A stretch of DNA of 60,939 bases, filler included, from 6 parts of 6 records of this genome joined end to end with filler, not necessarily neighbours in it; one strand, 5' to 3'. Numbered from the whole stretch's first letter, positions 39,665-49,824 are shown. The notes: generated by a model from the letters alone, not told the origin. Numbers and translations: made by a program.

Positions 39665-40018
39665 TCAGCCGCGGATTTCGTCTTCGTCGGAGGGATCATG
39701 ATCTTCCATGACATGGTCGATCATGTCGGCCAACATGCGGGCAATGTGAGCGTCGGCAGCTTCGTAGAGAACCTGCTTGTTGTGGCGCGTGCCGCGGACC
39801 AGTCGGGCGGCGCGGAGCAGGCGCAGATGGTGGCTGACCAGAGATTGGCTGGCGCCGGTTGCCTTGGCGATGTCGCCGACAGCGATGGGTCCATCAAGGC
39901 AGGTCAGCACCACCTTCAAGCGCGTCGGGTCGCCCAGGAGCCGATAGGTTTCGGCGATGACGGTCAGGTGATGGTCTTCGGGCAGGGGCACGGCGCTTCC
40001 CATTGGCTCAATGGCCAA
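39665..40018 (-). CDS. ArsR/SmtB metalloregulator with alpha5 Zn site
   Basis: LGDPTRL, SQSLVSHHLRLLR, DxH-x10-H-x2-E (DAHIARMLADMIDHVME). Confidence 0.9.
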   Translation of the reverse strand: MAIEPMGSAVPLPEDHHLTVIAETYRLLGDPTRLKVVLTCLDGPIAVGDIAKATGASQSLVSHHLRLLRAARLVRGTRHNKQVLYEAADAHIARMLADMIDHVMEDHDPSDEDEIRG

Positions 40019-40059
40019 TAGTTAGGGTGCTTCGGCGTGGCTGACCAGTCCGGTCGGCT

Positions 40060-40479
40060 TCACGCGCGCTGGCCATCCGCATCAATGACCACGCCGCCAT
40101 CTTCCTTGGTGAAGGGGATGCCGAGGGCCTCAGGCAGGATATCGAGCACGATTTCGGAGGGGCGGCAGAGGCGCACGCCATGCTCGGTTTCGACAAAGGG
40201 GCGATTGATCAGGATCGGATTGGCCAGCATGGCCTCGATCAGTTCTTCATCGGAGAGGGCCTCATTGTCGAGGCCAAGCTCGAAATAGGGTGTGTCCTTG
40301 ACGCGGATGGCGTCGCGTACGGTGAGGCCCGCCCGATCGATCAGGTCCACCAGGCGTTCGCGGCTGGGTGGTGTTTCAAGATAGAGGATCACTTCCGGCT
40401 CGATGCCGGCGCCGCGGATCATGGCCAGCGTGTTGCGCGAGGTGCCGCAATCGGGGTTGTGATAGATGGTGACACTCAT
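40060..40479 (-). CDS. arsC: Arsenate reductase, glutaredoxin type
   Basis: IYHNPDCGTSRN, PILINRP, LCRPSE. Confidence 0.95.
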   Translation of the reverse strand: MSVTIYHNPDCGTSRNTLAMIRGAGIEPEVILYLETPPSRERLVDLIDRAGLTVRDAIRVKDTPYFELGLDNEALSDEELIEAMLANPILINRPFVETEHGVRLCRPSEIVLDILPEALGIPFTKEDGGVVIDADGQRA

Positions 40480-41147
40480 GCGGATCGCTCCGTTTGCTTA
40501 CGCAATAGCCAGGCGGACAGGGCCATCGCCAGAAGGGCGCCCAGCACCTGGGCGATGATGAAACCGGGCACGTCGGTCGGGCCGATGCCGGCAAAGCTCG
40601 ACGTCAAGGCCCGGCCGATGGTGACGGCGGGATTGGCATAGGAGGTCGAGGCCGTAAACCAATAGGCGGCGGTGATATAGAGCCCGACGCGCATGGCAAT
40701 CTGCTCGGGCGCATGCCTGAGCGAGACCAGAATGGTCAGGACCAGCCCGAATGTCGCCACCGCCTCGCTCAGCCACTGGCTGGCGCCGTTGCGCGGGTCA
40801 GCATAGGCCGAAACCAGTGGCAGGTCGAACATCAGATGCGCTAGCAGCGTGCCCAACATGGCGCCACAGATTTGCGCGACGACATAAAGTCCGGCATCCG
40901 CCGCGCTCAATTGCCGCCGCAGCGCCATGACCAGGGTCACGGCCGGGTTGAAATGGGCGCCCGAGAGCGGGCCGAGGACACCGATCAGTACCACCAGAAT
41001 GGCTCCAGTGGCGATGGTGTTGCCGAGGAGAGCCAGGGCAATATCATCGGTTAGGCGTTGCGCCATGATGCCCGAGCCGACCACGGTGGCGACCAGAATG
41101 CCGGTGCCCAGCGCCTCGGCGGCAAGCTTGCGCAGGCGATCAGTCAT
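40476..41147 (-). CDS. MIP/aquaporin-family arsenite channel (AqpS-like)
   Basis: SGAHFNPAVT, YWFTASTSYANPAVT; inside the ars operon. Confidence 0.9.
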   Translation of the reverse strand: MTDRLRKLAAEALGTGILVATVVGSGIMAQRLTDDIALALLGNTIATGAILVVLIGVLGPLSGAHFNPAVTLVMALRRQLSAADAGLYVVAQICGAMLGTLLAHLMFDLPLVSAYADPRNGASQWLSEAVATFGLVLTILVSLRHAPEQIAMRVGLYITAAYWFTASTSYANPAVTIGRALTSSFAGIGPTDVPGFIIAQVLGALLAMALSAWLLRKQTERSA

Positions 41148-41676
41148 TGCTGGCCTTGTCGGTCGCACCGTCGAGCTTGCCGATATCCTTGAGCTTGTTC
41201 TGCAGGGCCATGCGATCGATGGTGGCGAGCGGCAGGGCGGCAAAAACTTCGATGCGGCGGCGCAGATAGTTGGCGGCGTTGCGGAAGGCGGTGACCTTGT
41301 CGATCTCGCTGCCCTCGGCGGCGGCCGGATCCTCGACGCCCCAATGGGCGGTCATGGGCTGGCCGGGCCAGAAGGGGCAGGCTTCGCCCGCCGCATTGTC
41401 ACAGACGGTGAAGACGAAATCGAGCTTGGGCGCGTCGGGGGTGGCGAATTCGTCCCAGGACTTGGAGCGGTAGCCTTCGGTTGGCAGGTCCATTTCCTTG
41501 AGCGTATGCAGGGTGAGCGGGTGGACGTCGCCCTTGGGCTGGCTGCCGGCGGAGAAGGCGCGGAACTTGCCGCCGGGCACGGCATTCATCAGCGCTTCGC
41601 CCAGAATCGAGCGGGCGGAATTGCCGGTGCACAGGAACAGCACATTATAGACGCGGTCAGATGCAGCTTCGGTCAT
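41140..41676 (-). CDS. arsC: Arsenate reductase, LMW-PTP fold
   Basis: FLCTGNSARS, TVCDNAAGEACP, HWGVEDPA. Confidence 0.92.
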   Translation of the reverse strand: MTEAASDRVYNVLFLCTGNSARSILGEALMNAVPGGKFRAFSAGSQPKGDVHPLTLHTLKEMDLPTEGYRSKSWDEFATPDAPKLDFVFTVCDNAAGEACPFWPGQPMTAHWGVEDPAAAEGSEIDKVTAFRNAANYLRRRIEVFAALPLATIDRMALQNKLKDIGKLDGATDKASND

Positions 41677-42026
41677 TGGCGAACCTCCTCGGGCGCACAA
41701 CAGGGGGTGATATCCTCGATCAGCGGCGCGCACAGCTCGGGGCGGCCGCCGCAGCAATCATTGACCAGATAGCCCATGACCGCGCGCATATGGTCGATCT
41801 CGGCGCGATAGGTGATGGTGCGGCCCTGTTTGTCGGCCACCAACAGGCCCGCGCGGGCCAATTGGGCCAGATGGGTCGACATGGTGTTTTGTGGCACATC
41901 GAGCCGGCGTGCGATTTCGCCGGCCGGCAGGCCATGGGGTTCATGCTCGACCACCAGGCGAAAAGCGGACAGCCGGGTGGGCTGGGCCAGCGCGGAAAGC
42001 GCGTCAATGATTGCTGTATCATCCAT
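41673..42026 (-). CDS. arsR: ArsR arsenite-responsive repressor
   Basis: ALAQPTRL, PAGEIA, C-terminal CCGGRPELC. Confidence 0.92.
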   Translation of the reverse strand: MDDTAIIDALSALAQPTRLSAFRLVVEHEPHGLPAGEIARRLDVPQNTMSTHLAQLARAGLLVADKQGRTITYRAEIDHMRAVMGYLVNDCCGGRPELCAPLIEDITPCCAPEEVRQ

Positions 42027-42027
42027 G

Positions 42028-42062
42028 TATCTGGATTTATCGATATATTGTGACGATTGCAA
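42028..42062 (-). promoter_or_regulatory. ars promoter/operator, probably leaderless transcript
   Basis: TTGCAA-N17-TAAATC-N7-ATG with no SD; TATC...GATA inverted repeat. Confidence 0.5.
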
Positions 42063-42106
42063 GACGGTTTGGGATCAACTCACGCCCAGCTAAAGCCACT
42101 CCAGGC

Positions 42107-43984
42107 TCAGCGATACCCCGCCGCCTGGAGCTCGAACAGTTCTGCATAGCGGCCCTTGAGGGCGACGAGCTGTTCGTGGGTGCCGGCTTCGAGAATGGCG
42201 CCACTGTCGAGCACCAGGATGCGGTCGGCCATGCGTACGGTCGAGAAGCGGTGGGAGATGATGACAGCGGACTTGCCCGCGGCGAGCCCCTTGAAGCGGG
42301 CAAAGACTTCGGCTTCCGCCTTGGCGTCGAGGGCGGCGGTGGGTTCGTCGAGAATGATCAGCTCGGCATCGCGCATATAGGCGCGGGCGATGGCGACCTT
42401 CTGCCATTCGCCCCCCGAGAGGTCGCGGCCCTGGCGGAACAGGCGGCCCAATTGCTGGTCATAGCCCTTGGGCAGTTTGGCGATAACCCCGTCGGCCAGG
42501 CTCTGCTCGGCGGCGGTGTCGATGCGGGTCTGGTCCTCGCGCGCCTCGATGCGGCCAACCCCGATATTGTCACGGGCGGTGAAACTGTAGCGGATGAAAT
42601 CCTGGAAGATCACCCCGACATGGGTGTGAATATCGACCGGCGCCATGTCCCTGAGGTCGACCCCGTCAATGGTGATGCGCCCCTCGCTGGGGTCGTAGAG
42701 CCGGGTCAGCAGCTTGACGATAGTGGTCTTGCCCGCACCATTTTCGCCCACCAGCGCCAGCGTTTCACCAGCCGGCAGCACGAAGGAGAGGTTGCGGACG
42801 ACCCAGGTATCGGTCTCGGGATATTTGAAGCCCACATTGTCAAACACGATGCCGGAGCGGATTGGCGCGGGAAAGGGCTTGGCGTCGACTGGCGCCAGCA
42901 CAGTGGGTTCGATTTCGAAAAAGGAGAACAGATCGTCCAGATACATGGATTGCCCGGCAATCTGGGTAAAGCCGAGCAGGATGCGCTGGAACAGGCCATT
43001 GAGCCTGAGGAAGGAGCCGGAGAGAAAGGCCAGATCGCCCAGGGTGAAGGCCCCGGTGATGGTGCGCCAGACGATGAAACCATAGGCGGCGTAATAGGCG
43101 AGGCTCGCAATGGCGGAAAATAGTGCACCCCAACTGGCGCGCAGCGTGGCGACGCGGCGGTTCTCGATGAAAATCTGGTGCGCCAGCTTCTTGAAGCGGA
43201 TGACGAGATAGCCGCCCAGGCCGAAGAGCTTGACCTCCTTGGCGGTCTCGGCACTGGCCCCGATATGGCGCAGATACTCCAGCTCACGCCGCTCGGGGGT
43301 GCGCCAGCGGCTCAGCATATAGGCCAGCGAATTGAACCGCGCCTCGCCCCAGACCGAGGGGATGAAGCTCAATGGCAGCAGCAGGATCAGCCAGGGGGCA
43401 TAGAAGAACAGGCCAGCGGCCAGGGTGAAGACGGTGATGATGTCTTGTGCCTGACCGAAAATCTGGCTGAGCAGGGCATTGCGTCCGGCCGCCTGACGGC
43501 GCGCACGTTCCAGCCGGTCCTGATATTCGGCGCTTTCAAAGTGCTGCAGATCGAGCCGGGCGGCATGCTCCATCAATTCGACGCTCACCTGGTTGGAATG
43601 AAGCTCGGACAGCACCGAATCGACCAGGCCCGTAGCCCGCGCGACCAGGTCATTGGCCAGCACCAGTGCCAGTTCGAGTGCCAGGAAGCCGATCATGGCG
43701 TTGAGCGCGCCGGCGTTGAACCAGTCCAGGATAGTGGGGCCGGGCGGGGTGATTGCCGTGAGCCGCACCACTTCGTCGACGATCAGCTTGGCGGCATAAA
43801 GCACGGCCACCGGCTGCACGGCTGCCAGCAGACGCAGCACGATACTGGCCGTGGTCAGGCCCTTGCTGGTGCGCCAGATCTGCGCAATCAGCCGCCCCAG
43901 ATGCGCGAGATTATCGAGCTGGTCGCGAAGGGTCGGGCTGGTTTCGGGAATGGGCGGCGGACGGCGCCCGGGCAGGTCACTCAT
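42107..43984 (-). CDS. ABC exporter (fused TMD-NBD)
   Basis: GENGAGKTT, LSGGEWQK, ILDEPTAALD, SHR. Confidence 0.93.
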   Translation of the reverse strand: MSDLPGRRPPPIPETSPTLRDQLDNLAHLGRLIAQIWRTSKGLTTASIVLRLLAAVQPVAVLYAAKLIVDEVVRLTAITPPGPTILDWFNAGALNAMIGFLALELALVLANDLVARATGLVDSVLSELHSNQVSVELMEHAARLDLQHFESAEYQDRLERARRQAAGRNALLSQIFGQAQDIITVFTLAAGLFFYAPWLILLLPLSFIPSVWGEARFNSLAYMLSRWRTPERRELEYLRHIGASAETAKEVKLFGLGGYLVIRFKKLAHQIFIENRRVATLRASWGALFSAIASLAYYAAYGFIVWRTITGAFTLGDLAFLSGSFLRLNGLFQRILLGFTQIAGQSMYLDDLFSFFEIEPTVLAPVDAKPFPAPIRSGIVFDNVGFKYPETDTWVVRNLSFVLPAGETLALVGENGAGKTTIVKLLTRLYDPSEGRITIDGVDLRDMAPVDIHTHVGVIFQDFIRYSFTARDNIGVGRIEAREDQTRIDTAAEQSLADGVIAKLPKGYDQQLGRLFRQGRDLSGGEWQKVAIARAYMRDAELIILDEPTAALDAKAEAEVFARFKGLAAGKSAVIISHRFSTVRMADRILVLDSGAILEAGTHEQLVALKGRYAELFELQAAGYR

Positions 43985-44067
43985 GGCGGCAATGTAGCCA
44001 GTTCCCGCCAAGGCGGGAATAGGGACAACGTCCCGAGCGCATTACCTTTTGGACAGAATTGTCCGCA

Positions 44068-44769
44068 TCATGGCAAATTGCGCAGAAAGCCCGCCAGGTC
44101 GCTGGTGACATGGTGCACATGCGGCCCGGTGGAGCGGCCCAGCTCCCAGGCCTCGACCTGCTCATGGCTGAAGTCGTCGCTTGCCACCACCTGCACGGTG
44201 ACCATGCCCTGTTCGTGCGGCACCAGCAGGTTCTTTTCCAGGTCATCGAACATGATGGCCCGGGTCGGATCAATGCCATGATTGGCGAAGAACCCGTCAT
44301 AGGCCTGTTTGTGCGGCTTGGGCACGAAGGTCATGGCGCGGATATCGTGCACATGTTCGAACAGGTGATCGCCACCCAGGCGCCGGAGCACCGAGCGGGC
44401 GTGGCCGGTATCGCCATTGGTCAGGATGAACTTGCGGCCCGGCAGGCCAGCAATGGCCTCGACCAGGTCGGGATGCGGATCGACCGGCGAGTAATCGATG
44501 GCGTGGACGGTGTTGAGAAAATGGTCGGGATCGATGTCGTGCTTGTGCATCAGCCCGTTCAGCGTGGTGCCGAAGTCGCGGTAATAGTCCTTCTGCAAGG
44601 CGCGGGCCGTGGTGAAGTCCAGGCGCGTCACTTCCATTACATAATGGGTGATCAGCGTATCGATCTGCGCAAACAGATTGCACTCACGCGGGTAAAGCGT
44701 GTTGTCGAGATCAAAGACCCAGTCAGTGACATGGTCGAGATTTTCGTGGGGGCGGCTTAATGCGGTCAT
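44068..44769 (-). CDS. Pyrimidine 5'-nucleotidase (HAD)
   Basis: WVFDLDNTLY, ILTNG, PKP, MFDD. Confidence 0.9.
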   Translation of the reverse strand: MTALSRPHENLDHVTDWVFDLDNTLYPRECNLFAQIDTLITHYVMEVTRLDFTTARALQKDYYRDFGTTLNGLMHKHDIDPDHFLNTVHAIDYSPVDPHPDLVEAIAGLPGRKFILTNGDTGHARSVLRRLGGDHLFEHVHDIRAMTFVPKPHKQAYDGFFANHGIDPTRAIMFDDLEKNLLVPHEQGMVTVQVVASDDFSHEQVEAWELGRSTGPHVHHVTSDLAGFLRNLP

Positions 44770-44846
44770 TGGCCCACCATGCCATAAAAGGATGAAGCCT
44801 GCATCAGCGCAGAACGTGTGCGGGGCCCGAAGGCCCCGCAATGAGC

Positions 44847-46082
44847 CTATTTGGTCTTGGAGTTGGCCGTCACGGTGAGGCCCAGCGCCTGGATCAGGCC
44901 TGCCGGATTGGCGGCTGCCGCAGCCAGCACCAGAACCGAGGTCGGTGAGGCCGGCTTGACCGCCACTTCCAGGTTCTGCGGATCATCAAGGAAGGCCGAG
45001 ACCGGCGGGACAACGACGTCGTTGAGCGCGGGCACCCCGCTTTCGGAGATCATGGCCGGCAGCATGGCCTTGAGGCTCTCCACAAATGCGGCGCGCTCGA
45101 CACCCGACTGTTCAGCAAACATGTCGAGCAGCTTGGGCGCGAGCCCCGCATCGTCATAACGCAGCGAGGCCCCGCCAATGGACAGCGCCTGGGCGATTTC
45201 CATGCCGGCCATCATCTGCTGGGCCTGGGCCTCTTCGCTGGTCGGGTCAAGATCGGAGGCCTGCATGGCGTAGATCTTGTCGAGCATTTCGAGGGTGAAA
45301 CCGGAAATGTCGGCGGTGAAATTGAGGGCGCCAATATCGGCGAAGTCGAGCAGTTGTTCCTCGATAACCATGCGCCCGTCACCCATGGACCAGCTCACGG
45401 ACTGGGTGATGTTGCCCGAAATCATGGTCAGCCCCAGCGCCTCGACGATGGCGCCGGCCTCCGGCTCCTCCTCGCCCAGGGTCGACAGGTCAGCCCAGAT
45501 ATCGGCGATAGCGACGTCCGAATGGATCGATTCCAAGGCATCGTCGGCGTCATAGGCAAATTCAGAGACCGCTTCCATGCCGGCGATCTTGATGACTTCG
45601 GCACCATCGCGCGTCAGAGTCAGCGGACCAGTGGCCATGCGGCCGACCAGTTGCACCAGCACTTCAGCGCTGGTTTCGCCTTCCGGCGGCAGCCAGAGGT
45701 CTTCGGCGACCATGTCCACCAGGGTCAGATGACCGACATGCTCGTCGCCGAATTCGATGTCGAGATCGGGCGTGGTCAGGCTGTCGGCATAATAGCTGCC
45801 ATCGTCATTTTCGATGACACCGGAAAAGGTCAGTTCCGCATCGAGAGCCATGGGGTCCATGCCGGCCATGGTGATGGTCACCCCATCGACCGTAATGGTG
45901 TCGCCGGACAGACTGGCTGCGCCAAAGCTCATATCATAGCCCATGACCGCATAGACCGCTTCGATACGATCAACGAATGATTGCGCATCCAGCGCCATGG
46001 CGGGCTGCATGAACCCAAAGGCGGCAAGCCCGGTGGCGGTCATCAGGCTGGTGGTCTTGATCGTTCTGATCATCGTGTTCAT
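44847..46082 (-). CDS. Exported acidic hypothetical protein
   Basis: GAGGG RBS, signal peptide ending AMA, very Asp/Glu-rich. Confidence 0.8.
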   Translation of the reverse strand: MNTMIRTIKTTSLMTATGLAAFGFMQPAMALDAQSFVDRIEAVYAVMGYDMSFGAASLSGDTITVDGVTITMAGMDPMALDAELTFSGVIENDDGSYYADSLTTPDLDIEFGDEHVGHLTLVDMVAEDLWLPPEGETSAEVLVQLVGRMATGPLTLTRDGAEVIKIAGMEAVSEFAYDADDALESIHSDVAIADIWADLSTLGEEEPEAGAIVEALGLTMISGNITQSVSWSMGDGRMVIEEQLLDFADIGALNFTADISGFTLEMLDKIYAMQASDLDPTSEEAQAQQMMAGMEIAQALSIGGASLRYDDAGLAPKLLDMFAEQSGVERAAFVESLKAMLPAMISESGVPALNDVVVPPVSAFLDDPQNLEVAVKPASPTSVLVLAAAAANPAGLIQALGLTVTANSKTK

Positions 46083-46237
46083 GTCCCTCTTTATAGTCTT
46101 GCGCGTGCTGGAGCGGTCCAGTTTTGCTGATGTGTCGACAGATTGCCCCTTGCACCGGCAAATGCAATGGCGACATGGCGGAAATAGGTCAGCCCGCTTT
46201 AGATGCGGTTTATTTCAGCCTAATGTCAGTCGCCCGA

Positions 46238-47758
46238 TCAATCCATATGCAGGAACTGGCGATAGGCCGGGTTTTCGGTTTCGTCCCAAAAGGGAAAGCC
46301 GATAGCGTCGATATGGGCGAAGAAGTCGGCCTGCGTTTCGGGCGGCACCTGTACCCCCACAAGCACGCGTCCATAGTCGGAGCCGTGGTTGCGATAGTGA
46401 AACAGGGTGATGTTCCAGGCGTCGTTCAGCCCTTCAAGGAATTTGAGCAGGGCGCCCGGCCGTTCGGGAAACTGGAAGCGGAACACCTGCTCGTCGGTCA
46501 GCCCCGCCGCACGGCCGCCCACCATGTGCCGGACATGGAGTTTTGCCACTTCATTGTCGGTCAGGTCGGTCACCGACAGGTCGTTGTCTTCGAGCAGGTC
46601 GATAATCTCGCGTTTCTCGATATCGCCGCGCGTGAGTTTGACGCCGACGAAGATGCGGGCGCTGTCCCCGGCGCGGTAGCGATAGTTGAATTCAGTGATG
46701 GCCCGATTGCCGATCAGGCGGATAAAGGCGCGATAGCTACCCGGCCGTTCGGGAATGGTCACGGCCAGCAGTGCTTCTGCCCGTTCGCCGATCTCGGCGC
46801 GCTCGGCCACGTAGCGCAGCCTGTCGAAATTTACATTGGCGCCCGAATTGATGGCGATCAGCGCGCCATCCTTTGGTGCATTGCCATTTTCAATGTCGCG
46901 CCGCAGACCCGCCAGAGCCAGGGCGCCGGCCGGTTCGGTAATGGCGCGATGATCGTCGAAAATGTCCTTGATGGCGGCGCAGATTTCATCGGCGGAGACG
47001 GTAACGATATCGTCGAGCAGGTCGCGGCAGAGGCGGAAGGTCTCGTCCCCCACCTGTCGCACCGCCACGCCATCGGCAAACAGGCCCACCTGATCCAATG
47101 GCACTGGCCTGCCGGCGGCAATCGCCGCCTTCATGCTGGCCGCCTCGTCCGGCTCGACGCCGATGACGCGGATTTCGGGCCGGAGGAATTTGACAAAGCT
47201 GGCAATGCCCGCAGCCAGGCCGCCGCCGCCGACGGGCACATAGATGGCGCCAATGGGCTCGGGATGCTGGCGCATGATTTCCAGCCCCACCGTGCCTTGT
47301 CCGGCAATCACATCGGGGTCGTCGAACGGATGCACAAAAACATGGCCGTGTTTTTCCGCCAGGCCTGCCGCATGGGTGCGCGCCACATCGAACCCATCGC
47401 CGAACAGCACCACTTCGCCACCCAGGCGCTTGACCGCATTGACCTTGATGATCGGCGTGGTGGTGGGCATCACCACAATGGCGCGGATGCCCAGCCGCGT
47501 TGCCGAGAGTGCAACGCCCTGGGCGTGGTTGCCGGCCGAAGCGCAGATCACGCCGCGGGCCCGCTCCTCGGCGGTCAGATGAACGATACGATTATGCGCG
47601 CCGCGGATCTTGAAGGAAAAGACCGGCTGCAGATCCTCGCGCTTGACCAGAATGGTCTGCCCCAGCCGCGCCGAGAGCAGGTCCATTTTTTCGAGCGGGG
47701 TCTGGACTGCCACCTCATAAACCGAGGAGGTCAGGATCTTGCGGACATAGTCGGTCAT
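46238..47758 (-). CDS. ilvA: Biosynthetic threonine ammonia-lyase, long form
   Basis: SFKIRGA, ASAGNHAQG, VGGGGL; two C-terminal regulatory repeats (IPERPGS, FPERPGAL). Confidence 0.95.
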   Translation of the reverse strand: MTDYVRKILTSSVYEVAVQTPLEKMDLLSARLGQTILVKREDLQPVFSFKIRGAHNRIVHLTAEERARGVICASAGNHAQGVALSATRLGIRAIVVMPTTTPIIKVNAVKRLGGEVVLFGDGFDVARTHAAGLAEKHGHVFVHPFDDPDVIAGQGTVGLEIMRQHPEPIGAIYVPVGGGGLAAGIASFVKFLRPEIRVIGVEPDEAASMKAAIAAGRPVPLDQVGLFADGVAVRQVGDETFRLCRDLLDDIVTVSADEICAAIKDIFDDHRAITEPAGALALAGLRRDIENGNAPKDGALIAINSGANVNFDRLRYVAERAEIGERAEALLAVTIPERPGSYRAFIRLIGNRAITEFNYRYRAGDSARIFVGVKLTRGDIEKREIIDLLEDNDLSVTDLTDNEVAKLHVRHMVGGRAAGLTDEQVFRFQFPERPGALLKFLEGLNDAWNITLFHYRNHGSDYGRVLVGVQVPPETQADFFAHIDAIGFPFWDETENPAYRQFLHMD

Positions 47759-47988
47759 CAGTCGGTCTCGGGCGGCTCTTGATTGTGGCGGTGATGGACG
47801 CCTGCTGACAGCAAATGTCAACGCCGGGCGATAGTGGCGCGGGGTGGTGGTCGGTGTCCACAGGGCCGCGCCGATTGGGTCAATGTCGAACTTGGCCTGC
47901 GACACGAGCCCGATTGTGGCGTAAATGGAGGCAGCTTTCACCGGCATGGCGAGTCTGCGCGCGACCGGGCAACCAAAGGATCAGAACA

Positions 47989-48222
47989 GTGGCGACGCTC
48001 TATTACGTGCAAGGCTTTCGACAGAAGGGCCGAAAGCTGGAGCCTGATCAGCCGCAGCAGTCCAAATCGGCGGAGGCGGCCATCGCATCGGCCGAGCGCA
48101 TTGCGCCGATGCGTGCCGGTGTGTGGGCCTATTCGGCCGATGTGGATGTCGAGGCCGACACCTATGACGAGCCCAAGGTGCTGTTCAAGGCGGGCATTCT
48201 GCCCGAAGGTGTCGCCGATTGA
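47989..48222 (+). CDS. Small hypothetical protein (77 aa)
   Basis: AAGGA RBS, GTG start, GC3-rich codons. Confidence 0.7.
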   Translation: MATLYYVQGFRQKGRKLEPDQPQQSKSAEAAIASAERIAPMRAGVWAYSADVDVEADTYDEPKVLFKAGILPEGVAD

Positions 48223-48310
48223 GTCTCGGTCTCGCCGTTCTGGCGGGGCGTATTTTTTGATCGTTTGAATGGGCCGTTTTGGCCCATTCCCTTTGTTTTG
48301 AGGAATTTGC

Positions 48311-49795
48311 ATGTCCAACAATGAGGCCGGAGCCGCTGCGCCCGCTGACCCGCGCCGCTGGCTGGCGCTGGGCATCCTGCTCATTGCCAATTTCATGAAC
48401 CTGATCGATGTGACCATCGTCAATGTGGCGCTGCCCTCGATGCGCGACAATCTGGGGGCGAGCGACGCGCAGATCGAATGGGTGGTGGCCGCCTATGTGC
48501 TGGCCTTTGCCCTGGGCCTGCTGCCGTTCGGGCGGCTGGGGGACATTGTGGGACGCAGCCGCATGTTCCTGATTGGCGTTGCAGCCTTTACGCTGGCTTC
48601 CGCGCTGTGCGGCATGGCGCATTCGATCGAGATGCTGATCGGCGCGCGCGTGCTGCAGGGGCTGGGCGGGGCGATGATGACGCCCCAGGTGCTGGCGATT
48701 GCCACGGTGACTTTCCCGCCGCATGAGCGCGGGCAGGCCTTTTCGCTCTTCGGTCTCTCGGCTGGCCTGGCCTCGGTCTGTGGACCGGTGCTGGGGGGCT
48801 TGCTGATCGATGCGCAGCTTTTCGGGCTCGACTGGCAGCCGATCTTCCTGGTCAATATTCCCATCGGCATTGCCGCCATCATTGCCGGCTGGTTCCTCAT
48901 CCCCCGGCTGCCTGGGCATGCGGAACTGCGCAATGACTATGCTGGCATCGTGCTGTTCGGTCTGGGCATCGTCGCGGTGGTGTTTCCAATCATCGAGGGG
49001 CGGGCGCTGGGCTGGCCGGCATGGAGCTTTGCCATGATGGCGACAGGCCTGTTGCTGCTCGTCATGTTCTATTTCTGGCAGAAGCGGCGGGCGCATACGG
49101 GACGGCCGCAATTGCTCAATTACGACCTGCTGGCCAATCGCGACTACATGTTCGGAGCCTTTGTGGTCACCGTCTTTGCCTCGGGTATTCCGGGCCTGTT
49201 CCTGGTGATTTCGCTGTTGCTGCAATCGGGCTTCGGATTCACCCCGCTGCAATCGGGCCTGACCAATCTGCCCTTCTCCGTGGGCGTTCTGATTGCCTCG
49301 TTCATCGCCGGCCGGTTCGGGGCAAACTATCTGCGCAGCCGGCTTGCGGCGGCCGGGGCCATGGTCGCGTTTGGCATTGGCTGGCTACATTTCGTGATCG
49401 CCGGCACGGGCAACAGCATCGACCCGTGGAGTTTCCTGTCGCCGCTGCTGATTGCGGGCATCGGCCTGGGCACCGGCTTTTCCTCGCTGTTCCAGCTGGT
49501 GTTGCGCAATGTGCCGCCGCGCGATGCCGGGGCCGGGTCAGGCGCATTGCAGGCCTTTCAGCAGGTTGGTGGCGCACTCGGCGTGGCGCTGGTGGGGCAG
49601 ATATTCTTTTCCCAGCTCGCAAGCAATCTTGCGGCCGGAGACGGGCCGCAAGCCGCCTTCGGCGACGCTGCCGCCCTGGCGATGTGGTATCAGGTGGTGT
49701 CGTTCGCCCTCGTGCTGGCGCTGGCCTTTGTGTTCAAGGGCAATAGCCGGGTAACTAAGGAGCAGCAGGCCAAGCCTGCGCCTGTCGAGATCTGA
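48311..49795 (+). CDS. DHA2 MFS transporter
   Basis: IDVTIVNVALP, GRLGDIVGR, WQPIFLVNIP. Confidence 0.92.
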   Translation: MSNNEAGAAAPADPRRWLALGILLIANFMNLIDVTIVNVALPSMRDNLGASDAQIEWVVAAYVLAFALGLLPFGRLGDIVGRSRMFLIGVAAFTLASALCGMAHSIEMLIGARVLQGLGGAMMTPQVLAIATVTFPPHERGQAFSLFGLSAGLASVCGPVLGGLLIDAQLFGLDWQPIFLVNIPIGIAAIIAGWFLIPRLPGHAELRNDYAGIVLFGLGIVAVVFPIIEGRALGWPAWSFAMMATGLLLLVMFYFWQKRRAHTGRPQLLNYDLLANRDYMFGAFVVTVFASGIPGLFLVISLLLQSGFGFTPLQSGLTNLPFSVGVLIASFIAGRFGANYLRSRLAAAGAMVAFGIGWLHFVIAGTGNSIDPWSFLSPLLIAGIGLGTGFSSLFQLVLRNVPPRDAGAGSGALQAFQQVGGALGVALVGQIFFSQLASNLAAGDGPQAAFGDAAALAMWYQVVSFALVLALAFVFKGNSRVTKEQQAKPAPVEI

Positions 49796-49802
49796 AACAG
49801 CA

Positions 49803-49824
49803 CGGGCCGCCAATGGGCGGCCCG
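49803..49824. terminator. Hairpin between convergent genes
   Basis: CGGGCCGCC-AATG-GGCGGCCCG. Confidence 0.55.

Noticed and set aside
42011..47782. Long plus-strand ORFs 42011-43123, 43178-44281 and 46124-47782
   Set aside because: Antisense shadows of the ABC exporter and ilvA
47759..47950. Attenuator leader peptide upstream of ilvA
   Set aside because: No Ile/Leu/Val-rich short ORF with an RBS, and no terminator found
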